A DNA stretch of 52,479 nucleotides, taken from a virus. The notes beneath the pieces were generated by a model. That model searched no databases and was not told the origin of the DNA. It saw nothing but the letters and a program-made list of their open reading frames with translations. The stretch lies in the IMG/VR virus record IMGVR_UViG_3300045988_166053. One strand, 5' to 3'. Positions 8,434 through 17,694 of this stretch are shown here, one piece after another; position 1 is the stretch's first letter; each line of letters opens with the position of its first letter. A program made the translations under genes and the position numbers.

Positions 8434-10545
8434 ATGGCCAAGAAGAAGCAGTCCGCGACACAGGCAGCGATCTCGTCGAGCGAGCCACGCATTACAAGCC
8501 TGCGCCAATGGGCCGGCATAAACATCGACGAGAAGTCGCCCGGCTGGAACCCGGTTGCATCGCCGTTCAGCGATGGCCAGGCGGACCTGATGGACAACTT
8601 CCTGATGGTCCAGAACAACTGTTCGCTATCTCTGACGAAGGGCATCGAGACTCGAGACGATGATGAGCTCGTCGCCACCGCGCCGAAGGGCCTTCAGTTC
8701 ACAGGCGTTTCATGCCTACAGAAGAATAACCTGATATGCGCTTTCTCCGATGGATCCCTCTACGTACACAAGCTGGGCAACGATCCGTCCTCATGGACTC
8801 AGATACCCGTTGTTGACCACGATGGCTCCAGCACTGGCAAGGTGTGGACTGAGATCGCATACTATGCCTCCAAGCTCATCTGCTTCTCTGATGAGAGCGA
8901 GTGCTTCGTCGGCGATCTGGCGACCCTGACAAGCCAGGGGGTTAGAAGTTACAGGCTCGTCCCAGAGCCTACAGCTGCGCCGACTCTTACGAACAAAGGT
9001 TCGCTTACTGATGGCACGGTATCCCGCATCCAGGTTTGCTATGTGTATACGAACATCTTCGGATCAACGATGGGATCGCCGATCTCTGCGAAGATGGTAT
9101 CCGCATCACCGGTGGAATGGTCCGCTGCGCAGTACATGGAAGTGTCTGGCACAGCTCCGGCTGGCTACGATATCACTGGCGTCGACATCTATTTCACCAT
9201 GGATGACAACACTGAGTTCGCCTTCGCCGGCCATGTGAACCTGAATGACGGAGGAGAGTGGCGCTATGCGTGGCTCGGTGCCCTGGCCGACACAAGCCAG
9301 TGGACCAACGTCAGCCTTGAGATCCCAACGGAGAACACGACTAAAGGCGTCAATGCGAAGTACATGACGCATATCGATGGCCGCTTGTACTTCTGGGGCG
9401 GAGACCTGGAGTACCGCCTGTACATCGGTGGTAATCCTGGCAACGAGCTCTCCGTGGCACGAGGAGTCGGCGGCGCCTTTGTCGACATTGAACCTGGCAC
9501 CGGCATCACGATCTCCAATGTCCTGAAGCACAAGACTTACTCTGCATCTTCGATCGTCACCATCATGTGCGGTAACCCGAACACTGGACAGGTCAAGCGA
9601 TTCAATCTCTTGGAGACCAATGTCAGCGTCACGAACGAGATGTCCTCGAAGGGCTATATGACCGAAGAGGTCAGTAACGTCGTGGGCTGCAACTCTCGCT
9701 GGGGCTGCGGTGTATTCGATGATGGCCTGTACGCAGTGAGCCGTTATGGCTTGGCCCTCACGACGCACGCCATGGAATACAACAACCAGCTGCGCGTGAG
9801 CTATGTGTCTGACCAGCTCAAGCCGATCTTCACCGATCGTCTGGGCAACAGGCTTAACAATGCTCGACTGGTGTATATCGATGGCATCATCTACCTGGTG
9901 ATGGCAGAGACCGATGGCTCTGGGCTAGATAACGTCATCCTGTGCTACGACATCTCTGCGAAGGCATGGTGGACATACACCTATGACACCAGCCTCCGCA
10001 TCTTGCATATCATGTCGATCGATTCCCAGGATCACTGGGAAGGCCTTGGCGTTATCACGCCGGACAAGATCGATATGATTCCATGCACCATGCCGAAAGA
10101 GGACACCAAGCCGAACTTCGGTGGTGTGCTCCTCATGACAGGCGAGCTGTCCGCAAGGCAGCCGCCGAACGAATCGATATGGCTCGAGCAGCTTGAGTTT
10201 GATTTCGATTACTTCATCGGAGACTTGACGATCGATGTGACCGGTACGGATTACTATGGCCGAGAGTTTCATGTGAAACGCAACATGAATTATGACAAGC
10301 TCCAGGAGAACCATCAGGAATGGGTTCGCGTGGGCATGATTGTCCGCACCTATCGCATCCGAATGTCTGGCCCTGCCCGCTTCAGGATGTTCCAGATTCT
10401 CCAGAAGACCTACTCCCAGTCCGCCAAGATCGGCCTGGTATACGGCCTGGACACCTGGGCGCAGGTCAAGGGTCCGCATGGGACTGGCCTCGATAGGCAT
10501 GAGATCAATGATTACAACAACTTAAGGGATGTCATTATCCCGTAA
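8434..10545 (+). CDS. Large beta-rich structural protein (703 aa), possibly a tail tubular or nozzle protein.
   Basis: Last gene of the rightward structural arm. Repeated aromatic-Gly beta-strand motifs (YFWGGD, YLVMAETDG, LCYDIS) suggest a beta-propeller. Confidence 0.35.
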   Translation: MAKKKQSATQAAISSSEPRITSLRQWAGINIDEKSPGWNPVASPFSDGQADLMDNFLMVQNNCSLSLTKGIETRDDDELVATAPKGLQFTGVSCLQKNNLICAFSDGSLYVHKLGNDPSSWTQIPVVDHDGSSTGKVWTEIAYYASKLICFSDESECFVGDLATLTSQGVRSYRLVPEPTAAPTLTNKGSLTDGTVSRIQVCYVYTNIFGSTMGSPISAKMVSASPVEWSAAQYMEVSGTAPAGYDITGVDIYFTMDDNTEFAFAGHVNLNDGGEWRYAWLGALADTSQWTNVSLEIPTENTTKGVNAKYMTHIDGRLYFWGGDLEYRLYIGGNPGNELSVARGVGGAFVDIEPGTGITISNVLKHKTYSASSIVTIMCGNPNTGQVKRFNLLETNVSVTNEMSSKGYMTEEVSNVVGCNSRWGCGVFDDGLYAVSRYGLALTTHAMEYNNQLRVSYVSDQLKPIFTDRLGNRLNNARLVYIDGIIYLVMAETDGSGLDNVILCYDISAKAWWTYTYDTSLRILHIMSIDSQDHWEGLGVITPDKIDMIPCTMPKEDTKPNFGGVLLMTGELSARQPPNESIWLEQLEFDFDYFIGDLTIDVTGTDYYGREFHVKRNMNYDKLQENHQEWVRVGMIVRTYRIRMSGPARFRMFQILQKTYSQSAKIGLVYGLDTWAQVKGPHGTGLDRHEINDYNNLRDVIIP

Positions 10546-10730
10546 ACGGGAAGGAGGCACCGGGCCGAAGCTCGATGCCTCCTATAGTTGTCAGCCTATC
10601 ATCCGGGCGAAACCCGGAGTCCCGCGCTCACCTTCTTACCGTAGCTCAGGCTTGTTGCGCTCTCGCCAGCCCAGGGTTGCAACCCCTGTCTCCTATAAAC
10701 TGACGAGCGACTTTGACAGCCATTATACAT

Positions 10731-10777
10731 GAAAAACCCGCCTGCTGAACAGAGAGTAAAGAGCAGACGGGTTTCTC
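10731..10777. terminator. Bidirectional rho-independent terminator between the convergent arms.
   Basis: aaaaa-cccgcctgct...agcagacggg-tttctc. The A-run and T-run flank a 10-bp stem. Confidence 0.65.
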
Positions 10778-10815
10778 AGGGGAATGGCGTCGGGAAGACC
10801 ACATTCGAATAGATC

Positions 10816-11193
10816 TTAGCTTATATCCGGTTCCTTGTGAAGAGCACAAGTTGGAAACCTTGGAACATCGGCATCTGTCGCGGCGATATACATCTTCATG
10901 AACTCATCGAGATCCATGGTGACTTTCCACTTCTCACGATCCCTGCGGTGCATGACGACCGGAACATCATCGGTCCCCTCAGCATCAGTGCGGCTCTGCA
11001 CCATAGCTTTCTCGATAACGAGGTTCTGGACACGCTTGCATTCTATATGCACACCGGGCAGACCCATGACGTCTGGAGAATCTCCGCCGCCTTTGAACTG
11101 CTGGCCACGACGAGTATCGAAGCCATAGGTGCGCAGGATGCGGGCGAGCTCGAGCTCACCCTCTTTGCCCTTACGACGGCTATTCACCGCCAT
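10816..11193 (-). CDS. Hjc-like Holliday-junction resolvase (PD-(D/E)xK nuclease).
   Basis: RRKGKEGELELARILRTYGF...GGGDSPDVMG...HIECK matches the archaeal Hjc pattern (KG..E..L, PD..., E.K). Confidence 0.55.
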   Translation of the reverse strand: MAVNSRRKGKEGELELARILRTYGFDTRRGQQFKGGGDSPDVMGLPGVHIECKRVQNLVIEKAMVQSRTDAEGTDDVPVVMHRRDREKWKVTMDLDEFMKMYIAATDADVPRFPTCALHKEPDIS

Positions 11194-11505
11194 CTACATG
11201 CGCCCCCTGGCCTTGTTGCGATCAGCGCACTTGCGCATCTCGTCGCGCATGTCAGACACGCCAAGCGCTGCGAGCATGTTGGAACAGGCCTGCATGACAT
11301 CGGAGATTTCCTCAACCATGTCCATCTTAGCCTGCTCCATCTCAAGATAGCCGTTAGCATCTTTCGCCAGGCGATACCTCTCGAAGGCGGAGTGTACCTC
11401 ACACGCCTCCTCGACGATCTTCATGGCCTGTGCTTTATCGACTCGGACGTCTTTGAACGTTACTACCGCCGGCCACGTAACCGCTCCGATGCTGTTGTGT
11501 CCCAT
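11194..11505 (-). CDS. MazG-like nucleotide pyrophosphohydrolase. The start is uncertain and an alternative start lies at 11424.
   Basis: IVEEACEVHSAFE ... EEISDVMQA resembles the EExxE/D motifs of all-alpha NTP pyrophosphatases. Confidence 0.35.
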   Translation of the reverse strand: MGHNSIGAVTWPAVVTFKDVRVDKAQAMKIVEEACEVHSAFERYRLAKDANGYLEMEQAKMDMVEEISDVMQACSNMLAALGVSDMRDEMRKCADRNKARGRM

Positions 11506-11719
11506 AGTTCTCTCCCATTTTCTTCTCGGTGTCTATAAGCTCATCCAGATAATCGTGGCACTTCTCGAGATCGATAAGGCCATTCTTCTTCTTGTACCTC
11601 AGGATGTACTTGATGATGTTTCCCTGACAGAAGCCGGCATATCTCTCAGGTGACATGAACGCCTTCATCACGTCCTTCACCTGGATACCGCCGGTTCCGA
11701 TGTAATGATTAGGTATCAT
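11435..11719 (-). CDS. DUF3310-family protein.
   Basis: PNHYIGTGGIQVKDVMKAF...GFCQGNIIKYILRYKKKNG fits the remembered DUF3310 consensus (SHY..GG.E..D.I.A, GFC.GNAIKY). Confidence 0.5.
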   Translation of the reverse strand: MIPNHYIGTGGIQVKDVMKAFMSPERYAGFCQGNIIKYILRYKKKNGLIDLEKCHDYLDELIDTEKKMGENYGTQQHRSGYVAGGSNVQRRPSR

Positions 11720-11810
11720 CGCGGCTCTCCCTTATCGCTTGTGCAAATTGCGATTACAAGAAGAACGCCCAAGAGAAGAAGCGTGTATATCCTGTTCATC
11801 ATGGGTCCCA

Positions 11811-11996
11811 TTATTTCGGCTTCCTTTGCTTGCAGTTACCACCGAGCGTCTGTCCCTCACACCATGTATGGAACTGCTTTGAACATGGTGTATCGTAGAC
11901 CATGACCTTCTTGATCATGCAATCGCTCTTCCTACCTGGCTTGTTGAACTTGCAGTTTTCGCAATACATGCGAAGCATGTTGTCCATCACGCTCAT
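11811..11996 (-). CDS. Small Cys-rich protein, a putative zinc finger.
   Basis: CENCKF...C...C...C...C pattern across 61 aa. Confidence 0.35.
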   Translation of the reverse strand: MSVMDNMLRMYCENCKFNKPGRKSDCMIKKVMVYDTPCSKQFHTWCEGQTLGGNCKQRKPK

Positions 11997-12361
11997 TAGC
12001 TAAACTCCTCATCGGTATACTCGCGCCCATCAACTCCACGATGCGCACCGATGCCGATTCCAAGATGGCTCTTTCGCTCAGTCTCGATATCGTAATCGGT
12101 ATCCATGTGGTCAATGAACTGATCATAGGTGACAGCATTGTCGTATTCGTCGATGATCTCCCATTCGCCGGATTCGACTAGCGCTTTAATATCTGACACC
12201 CTGTCGACATACGGTCGGTTGACACCGACGTTATATCCATACGGCGCATCAGAATGATACGACTCGAACAGAGGTTTCCATCCACAGCTTCTCTTTCCGA
12301 TGTGGAACTCAGGCCTCACTTCGATTGGCTTGACTTTCCTGATGTAGTAGTTGGTGCCCAA
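11996..12361 (-). CDS. Hypothetical protein.
   Basis: 121-aa ORF coupled to its neighbours. Confidence 0.35.
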   Translation of the reverse strand: MGTNYYIRKVKPIEVRPEFHIGKRSCGWKPLFESYHSDAPYGYNVGVNRPYVDRVSDIKALVESGEWEIIDEYDNAVTYDQFIDHMDTDYDIETERKSHLGIGIGAHRGVDGREYTDEEFS

Positions 12362-12480
12362 GGAAACTCCTATCCATCTGGTTCAACATATGCCTGACAG
12401 CCATACTGACATGCAAATGATGGCGAATGGGATTACCAGTACAACGACGATGACCAGTATGATCATCGCAATAATATCTC

Positions 12481-12681
12481 TTACCACGAGATCGCCTGCC
12501 CGCACTTAGGGCAATAGCTCCAGGACGGATCCGCCTGGAACCCGCAAGTCGGGCAAGCGGCATAGCAGGTGTCTTCGAACAGACCCTTCCCGCTCTTGAT
12601 CTTCACGGGCATCGGCGTCTCTTTCGCAACGACTTCCTGGATACGACGCATGGCCACGTCAACACTTAGCTTTTCCTTCAT
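12481..12681 (-). CDS. Zinc-ribbon protein (CPTCG...CPKCG).
   Basis: Start at the internal ATG preceded by GGAGAGAA. Two CxxC pairs. Confidence 0.45.
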   Translation of the reverse strand: MKEKLSVDVAMRRIQEVVAKETPMPVKIKSGKGLFEDTCYAACPTCGFQADPSWSYCPKCGQAISW

Positions 12682-13234
12682 TGTTCTCTCCGTTCGGCAA
12701 AGACATCCAATCCGGCTCCTTGTACTCGATCGCCACGGTCGGTTTCGCCGGCTCATTGCGACGACCCTCGGTGCGGTCGAGTATCATCTGCACCGCCTTC
12801 TGCCTGTCTTTCCTCGCTTGCATGTTCATACCGGGATCGCTGTTCGCTATGCACACGGTAGCCTTCGCGAGAGCTATGATCGCCGGGTCATCGGGGAATA
12901 TCGTCAGGCGCTTGGCGTCCTCATAGTTTAGCACATCGTTGAGCGCATCTGAGAAGATAGAGCTGCATCCATCTGTACCCCCCTTCTCAGGTGCAGTGCC
13001 ATCGATGCGCTTCACGATCTCAGAGATCAGAGAGATGTCCATGTCGAACACAGCGCTGAAGAACAGGTTCATGACGAAGAAGGTCTTCGTCGTTCCAGCC
13101 ATATCACGGCCGGCCACGACTTGCCCAATCGTCCGGAACAGAGAGACATTAGCCATGTAGTCGTCCATGGACTCAGACGTCGGCATGGGCTTTGCCTTGA
13201 CGATCTCAGTGCTTTCGGTCTTTGTATCGCTCAT
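12659..13234 (-). CDS. Hypothetical protein downstream of the terminase.
   Basis: 191-aa ORF. Confidence 0.4.
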   Translation of the reverse strand: MSDTKTESTEIVKAKPMPTSESMDDYMANVSLFRTIGQVVAGRDMAGTTKTFFVMNLFFSAVFDMDISLISEIVKRIDGTAPEKGGTDGCSSIFSDALNDVLNYEDAKRLTIFPDDPAIIALAKATVCIANSDPGMNMQARKDRQKAVQMILDRTEGRRNEPAKPTVAIEYKEPDWMSLPNGENNEGKAKC

Positions 13235-13835
13235 TGTAACGACGCTTCGCCTCCTCGCTCCTGCGCTTCATGTTCGCATCGGTGTTAGGATTCCTGGCGT
13301 GCCCTGGTAGAAGCACATTGGCCTCATGACAGTGCATAGTCCTCTCGTCAGGCCTGACACCGTTCTCGGCCATCCAGGGTATCCTGAGCCTTACAGAATA
13401 AGGAGGACGCTTGAGCCTCTTAGGCGAGATCGTATAGATAGTCTTGCTATAGGTCCTGCCGTTAATCGAGCCTCCCTTTTGCACGCGAGAGGAGTAGTAG
13501 CGGAACAGGTTGGTCCACATGCGTATCTCCTTGGCGTGCTTCTTCTGCTCATAGTCATCACCGGTGACCATCTTGAACAGCATGGAGAACGTGTACTTGC
13601 GGCGCTTGATAACCCGTTTCCAGCCTGGGATCTCGGACATCTTGGTTATCCAGTCTCTCAGCATGGTCTCGGCTTTAGCGAGCGCTTCATCCTCGTAGTT
13701 CTCCCAGAGACCAGGCTCAGCTAGGAACGATTCCGCATGGCCTACTATCATCCTCTTGGGATCATGAGAGAGGACTTGCTTCTCTCGCTTCTTGAGGAGA
13801 TCAAAACCATCCGTAGGTATTTGCTCCATTTCCAT
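13206..13835 (-). CDS. Basic hypothetical protein with a possible HNH-like His cluster (HCHEAN...GH).
   Basis: RBS GGAAGGAG. The His/Asn motif is only suggestive of an HNH fold. Confidence 0.35.
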   Translation of the reverse strand: MEMEQIPTDGFDLLKKREKQVLSHDPKRMIVGHAESFLAEPGLWENYEDEALAKAETMLRDWITKMSEIPGWKRVIKRRKYTFSMLFKMVTGDDYEQKKHAKEIRMWTNLFRYYSSRVQKGGSINGRTYSKTIYTISPKRLKRPPYSVRLRIPWMAENGVRPDERTMHCHEANVLLPGHARNPNTDANMKRRSEEAKRRYNERYKDRKH

Positions 13836-15348
13836 GAAGGAACTCCTTCCTTTCCTTTTCGGTCATGTAGGTTATCGGCTTCGATGGCGGCCTATCATTC
13901 GATTCACCGAAGAACTCGTAGTTAGTCGGCACCTCTATCGGACGACCAGTTGAGTTGATGTTCAGGTAATCCATCTCACGGATACCCATGGCGGCATACC
14001 TCAGTGCATCCATGCCATGACTTGCCCAGTTGTGGATGGGCAAGGCAGACCAGTCATCCTGCTTCTCGAGACGCTTGTACTCATAAGCATCGAAGGCGTC
14101 GTTGAGCCTCGAGCACTTATCGGAATTGATCCACATGTTTGGCATGAGCTCACGCACCAGGTTGATACCTCGGTCAACTCGCTCTTTATCCAAGGCGTGC
14201 CAAATGACCGATGGGAACATACGTGTCACTTCCTCAATCGGCGTCTCGGAAGATGCAGATCTCTCAGAGTCCCAGGGCAAGAATCCAACCCTGACATACT
14301 TCCACCATTCAGCATGAGCCAGGGTGGCCACAACCTGAGCGAGAGACTGGCCACGCTCCTCGATGTAATCGCAGATCATCATGCGACCGCCGATAAATTG
14401 GAACACGATTCCGGCCGTGGCGTCGGTCATCTTGCCCTTCGAGGAAATATCGAATGCAACATAGACCGGCTCACGGTCATTGATGTTAAAGCGGCAGTAG
14501 CGTCCCTCGTCGCGCAGCTTCTCAATGCCTCTGTACACCAGGCCCGAGTTGACTGTCGAGAACTTGCAATAGAACTCTTGCCAGAACAGTTCCTCCAAGC
14601 CTTGCCTGATGTACTTGTCATGAATGGCATCAATGTCGTCCTGTGTGTACAGGCGCACCCATTCATGCTTCTCCTCGTCCCATCGCATGGCATCCTCGAT
14701 GGTGACAACGTCCACATACGATCGATAGCGACCGCGCACATTGTGTGGTCCAGGGAAGTCCATTGGATCCATGACACCGGTGTAGTTCTGGATTATCTTC
14801 GTATACACGTTATTCATACCACGAGGCGTGCCGTTCATATAGACGGCCAGGTCCTCGCCATTGGCGAGCTTGTTCTCCCAGATCGGCTCGATGAATTGGA
14901 AAGCATTCGGTCCATACAGACTGGCTTCCGATATCACAAAGCGATCGTAGGAAGAACCGATAAGCGCTGCGTCGTTCTGGAAACCGATGAACTTAATACG
15001 CGCTTCTGCCTTGTCTTCTGGGTGATTGGCAAACGTGACTTCCTTCGCAGTGTCTTTCACCACGATATGCTCTTGAGGGAAGTCGTCCCAGAACCTTCTG
15101 CCATCGATGTACTTGTTGAAGATGTTCTCGTTCACCCATTTGTTATCGAGGCCGATGTATGCGGTCCTCGTGCCAGGATGGCGCCATGAGTAATCGAGTG
15201 CATTCTCGATGTCATCGGTATCCTTGCCGAGCTGTCGGCCCCAGATCTTGAAATAGAAGTTATCTTGGCCAGTCCTTCTGCGCATCCAGCAAGCCTGCTG
15301 ATATGGCCTCGGCTTGTAATACTTTGGGACGGTAACTAACTCCGTCAT
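13801..15348 (-). CDS. terL: Terminase large subunit.
   Basis: N-terminal ATPase motifs (YKPRPYQQACW, IWGRQLGKDT as Walker A-like, ISEASLYGP). The C-terminal RNaseH-like nuclease has acidic residues (VAFDISSKG, HGMDALRYAAMG). Confidence 0.8.
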   Translation of the reverse strand: MTELVTVPKYYKPRPYQQACWMRRRTGQDNFYFKIWGRQLGKDTDDIENALDYSWRHPGTRTAYIGLDNKWVNENIFNKYIDGRRFWDDFPQEHIVVKDTAKEVTFANHPEDKAEARIKFIGFQNDAALIGSSYDRFVISEASLYGPNAFQFIEPIWENKLANGEDLAVYMNGTPRGMNNVYTKIIQNYTGVMDPMDFPGPHNVRGRYRSYVDVVTIEDAMRWDEEKHEWVRLYTQDDIDAIHDKYIRQGLEELFWQEFYCKFSTVNSGLVYRGIEKLRDEGRYCRFNINDREPVYVAFDISSKGKMTDATAGIVFQFIGGRMMICDYIEERGQSLAQVVATLAHAEWWKYVRVGFLPWDSERSASSETPIEEVTRMFPSVIWHALDKERVDRGINLVRELMPNMWINSDKCSRLNDAFDAYEYKRLEKQDDWSALPIHNWASHGMDALRYAAMGIREMDYLNINSTGRPIEVPTNYEFFGESNDRPPSKPITYMTEKERKEFLHGNGANTYGWF

Positions 15349-15561
15349 CTATGCCACCTCGGCCGTCGGCATCGAGTCTGCGTTGTCGGCAAGCCAACCA
15401 ACAAGATCATCGATGCTATCGAATATCGGCGTACACTCACCGTCATAGGCGAATCCGTCACCGCCTGGTACGCATTCCTGTGTGTACCATCCTTTTCTTA
15501 CTCGACCGTCTTCGACGATCAAGACCTCTACTGGTTTATAAAACACCCTGGGTTTACCCAT
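15349..15561 (-). CDS. Hypothetical small protein.
   Basis: 70-aa ORF directly abutting terL. Confidence 0.35.
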   Translation of the reverse strand: MGKPRVFYKPVEVLIVEDGRVRKGWYTQECVPGGDGFAYDGECTPIFDSIDDLVGWLADNADSMPTAEVA

Positions 15562-15634
15562 GACGCCTCCTAAGAAAAGGGGGGCCGGGGCTTACGCCTC
15601 GACCCCCGCTGGACCTATTAGATCCCTTGGACTA

Positions 15635-16096
15635 TTAGCCCTCGCACTTGGCATCGCAAGAGCACTTGGTGCCTTCCTCCATCTCGGAGATAAGGCGAGC
15701 ACGGATCTGCTCGATACCGTTGCCGGCCGCAGCAGCAGCCTCGTGCAGGAGCGCCTGGTGGAACACATCCTCCCACGACTTTGGATCATTGAACTCGACG
15801 ACCTCGTCAATGGGGTTCTTGAACTCGCAGTCAGTGTCGCCCAGGGCCATGGCACCAAAGCCCGTGTTCTTCACGATGTTAAGGGTGCTCTCATACATGG
15901 CCGCAGCTTCGTCGGCTGCCTTGAGAACCTTATCGAAATCAGTGAGATCCTCACCCGTGACGGCGTGATAAATGCGCTTGATATCGAGCAGCTTGTTCCA
16001 CGCATGAGCATGACTCTTGGCCATCTCAAGATTGGCGATGAGTCCGGCCTTCTGCCTGTTGAAAATCTTCTCGATCTTCTGCTGCATCTTATCCAT
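15635..16096 (-). CDS. Hypothetical protein with a Cys-rich C-terminus.
   Basis: 153-aa ORF. Confidence 0.4.
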   Translation of the reverse strand: MDKMQQKIEKIFNRQKAGLIANLEMAKSHAHAWNKLLDIKRIYHAVTGEDLTDFDKVLKAADEAAAMYESTLNIVKNTGFGAMALGDTDCEFKNPIDEVVEFNDPKSWEDVFHQALLHEAAAAAGNGIEQIRARLISEMEEGTKCSCDAKCEG

Positions 16097-16107
16097 TTCT
16101 TTCTCCT

Positions 16108-17100
16108 TTACTTGTTCTGCTGACGGAGTCGTAGCATAGCTTCCTCAAGAGTTTGAGGTTCGCGCTTCATCTTACCATTACCCCCACTGCCATGGGACCT
16201 CATATCCAAAGAAGGCTGACGAGTTCCTTCATTGGCAGGCTTCGTCGTCTTCGTGCGACGCTTTGACGGCTTGGCTTTGGAGAAGCGCGAAGCCAGGCGC
16301 TCGGCCTTCGATGCCATCTTATCGAGGTCACAGTTGTATCCGACGACATTGCCGTTGGAATCCAGGACTTCATAGCCCTCGATCAGATCATCGAACATCT
16401 CGCGCACAGCGTTGTCCATGGCGTCATAGGACGGGGCAAAGTCCATGAGCCTGAGCGACGGGAGAATAGAACCCGCATCCTCGTTCCTGATCTCCAGGGC
16501 CCTGCGCTTAAGCTCGTTCCTTACCTGCCCGTTGAACGAGTCGATCCAGGACTGAGCTTCCATGCGAGACGAGAACGGGCGGTTCGGATCATCCGGGTTG
16601 TGATAGATCACACGTCCATCGGAGGTACGCTCATACAAGTCGTTCATCTGGAACTCACGGATCTTAGCATCCCTGAACTCCTTGGCCGCCTTAGCGATGG
16701 CAGACTTGTTGAGATTCTCGATCAGGCCTCGTTTGACAGCAGAGTAATCAATCTCTCCAGGCAGAGCTGAAGATCCTCGATCGTCGTCAACGTCTCCGTC
16801 TTCATCCTCGGGATCCTCTTCTCCATCCTGGTCATCGGAGTCCCCTTCAGAATCTTCGCCTCGATCGTCCACTGAGTCCTCAGGATCCTTTTTGTCCATG
16901 CCCTGCACACGCTTAAAAGCAGCAGCGAGATCCTCAGGCCCATTGTCTTCCTCCTCGCCTTCCTCGTCGTCGTCCTCGTCTTCGTCGTCCTCCTCGGTCC
17001 ACGGTTCGTCATCGGGATCGACGTCCTCATCATCAATCTCGAGATCCTCGGGATCGATACCGTCGAGGGCTTCGTCGTTATCTTTACCTGGGATGTACAT
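16108..17100 (-). CDS. Highly acidic protein. The N-terminal ~130 aa is almost pure Asp/Glu. Candidate DNA mimic or scaffold-like protein.
   Basis: Start at the internal ATG that overlaps the upstream stop (TGATG) and follows GGAGG. Contains the DDEDEDDDEEGEEED run. Confidence 0.5.
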   Translation of the reverse strand: MYIPGKDNDEALDGIDPEDLEIDDEDVDPDDEPWTEEDDEDEDDDEEGEEEDNGPEDLAAAFKRVQGMDKKDPEDSVDDRGEDSEGDSDDQDGEEDPEDEDGDVDDDRGSSALPGEIDYSAVKRGLIENLNKSAIAKAAKEFRDAKIREFQMNDLYERTSDGRVIYHNPDDPNRPFSSRMEAQSWIDSFNGQVRNELKRRALEIRNEDAGSILPSLRLMDFAPSYDAMDNAVREMFDDLIEGYEVLDSNGNVVGYNCDLDKMASKAERLASRFSKAKPSKRRTKTTKPANEGTRQPSLDMRSHGSGGNGKMKREPQTLEEAMLRLRQQNK

Positions 17101-17513
17101 CAATAACCTCCGTTTATCTCTTCCATGAGCATGTCGATTATTCCTATGGCTTGGCGCAGCCAATCAACCTTCAGGCTGTTGTAGACCATATCAATCCTGT
17201 TGGATGGATAGACATCGGATTTGGCCAACTGGTCCTCGAACCAGGCGCGAAGGCTCTCAAGGCTATCTCGCCTATCCATAACCATCGCCTTCTTAGAACC
17301 AACGAACTTCCTGAATTGCTGATAGATCTTCGCGTACTCCGACATCCTCTCGGTATCCGTAAGCTCGTCGGAGAACTCGAACGACTTATACTTCATGGCT
17401 ATCGTGGAATAGAAGTCGAAGTATGGCGGCGTATCGAACGCCACTAAAAGAGCCTTCTCGACATCGGGCTTACCGCCCTCGATGTAATTAGCCATCCTCT
17501 GTCCTCCAATCAC
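17100..17513 (-). CDS. Hypothetical protein.
   Basis: 137-aa ORF, translationally coupled. Confidence 0.4.
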   Translation of the reverse strand: MIGGQRMANYIEGGKPDVEKALLVAFDTPPYFDFYSTIAMKYKSFEFSDELTDTERMSEYAKIYQQFRKFVGSKKAMVMDRRDSLESLRAWFEDQLAKSDVYPSNRIDMVYNSLKVDWLRQAIGIIDMLMEEINGGY

Positions 17514-17694
17514 TTGCGAATAAATCGGCCTGCTGCACGGAATATGGCCAGGTTGCTATGTCGTCGTGATACAAGAGGCATTGCTGCTTGCCGTGCATAC
17601 CAACCGAGAGCCAGACGTTCTCGGGCCACGACGACCTGTAAGCTATCTCACCCGGATAATTCATTATCCGGTTTAACATGCTAGAGAATCTCAT
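17488..17694 (-). CDS. Possible small ORF.
   Basis: 68 aa; overlaps its neighbours. Confidence 0.25.
   Translation of the reverse strand: MRFSSMLNRIMNYPGEIAYRSSWPENVWLSVGMHGKQQCLLYHDDIATWPYSVQQADLFASDWRTEDG

Noticed and set aside
12659-13835. Calling one of the two ORFs downstream of terL as the small terminase or an HNH endonuclease.
   Set aside because: This rests only on position and a loose His cluster. I have no motif-level support, so both are left as hypothetical.
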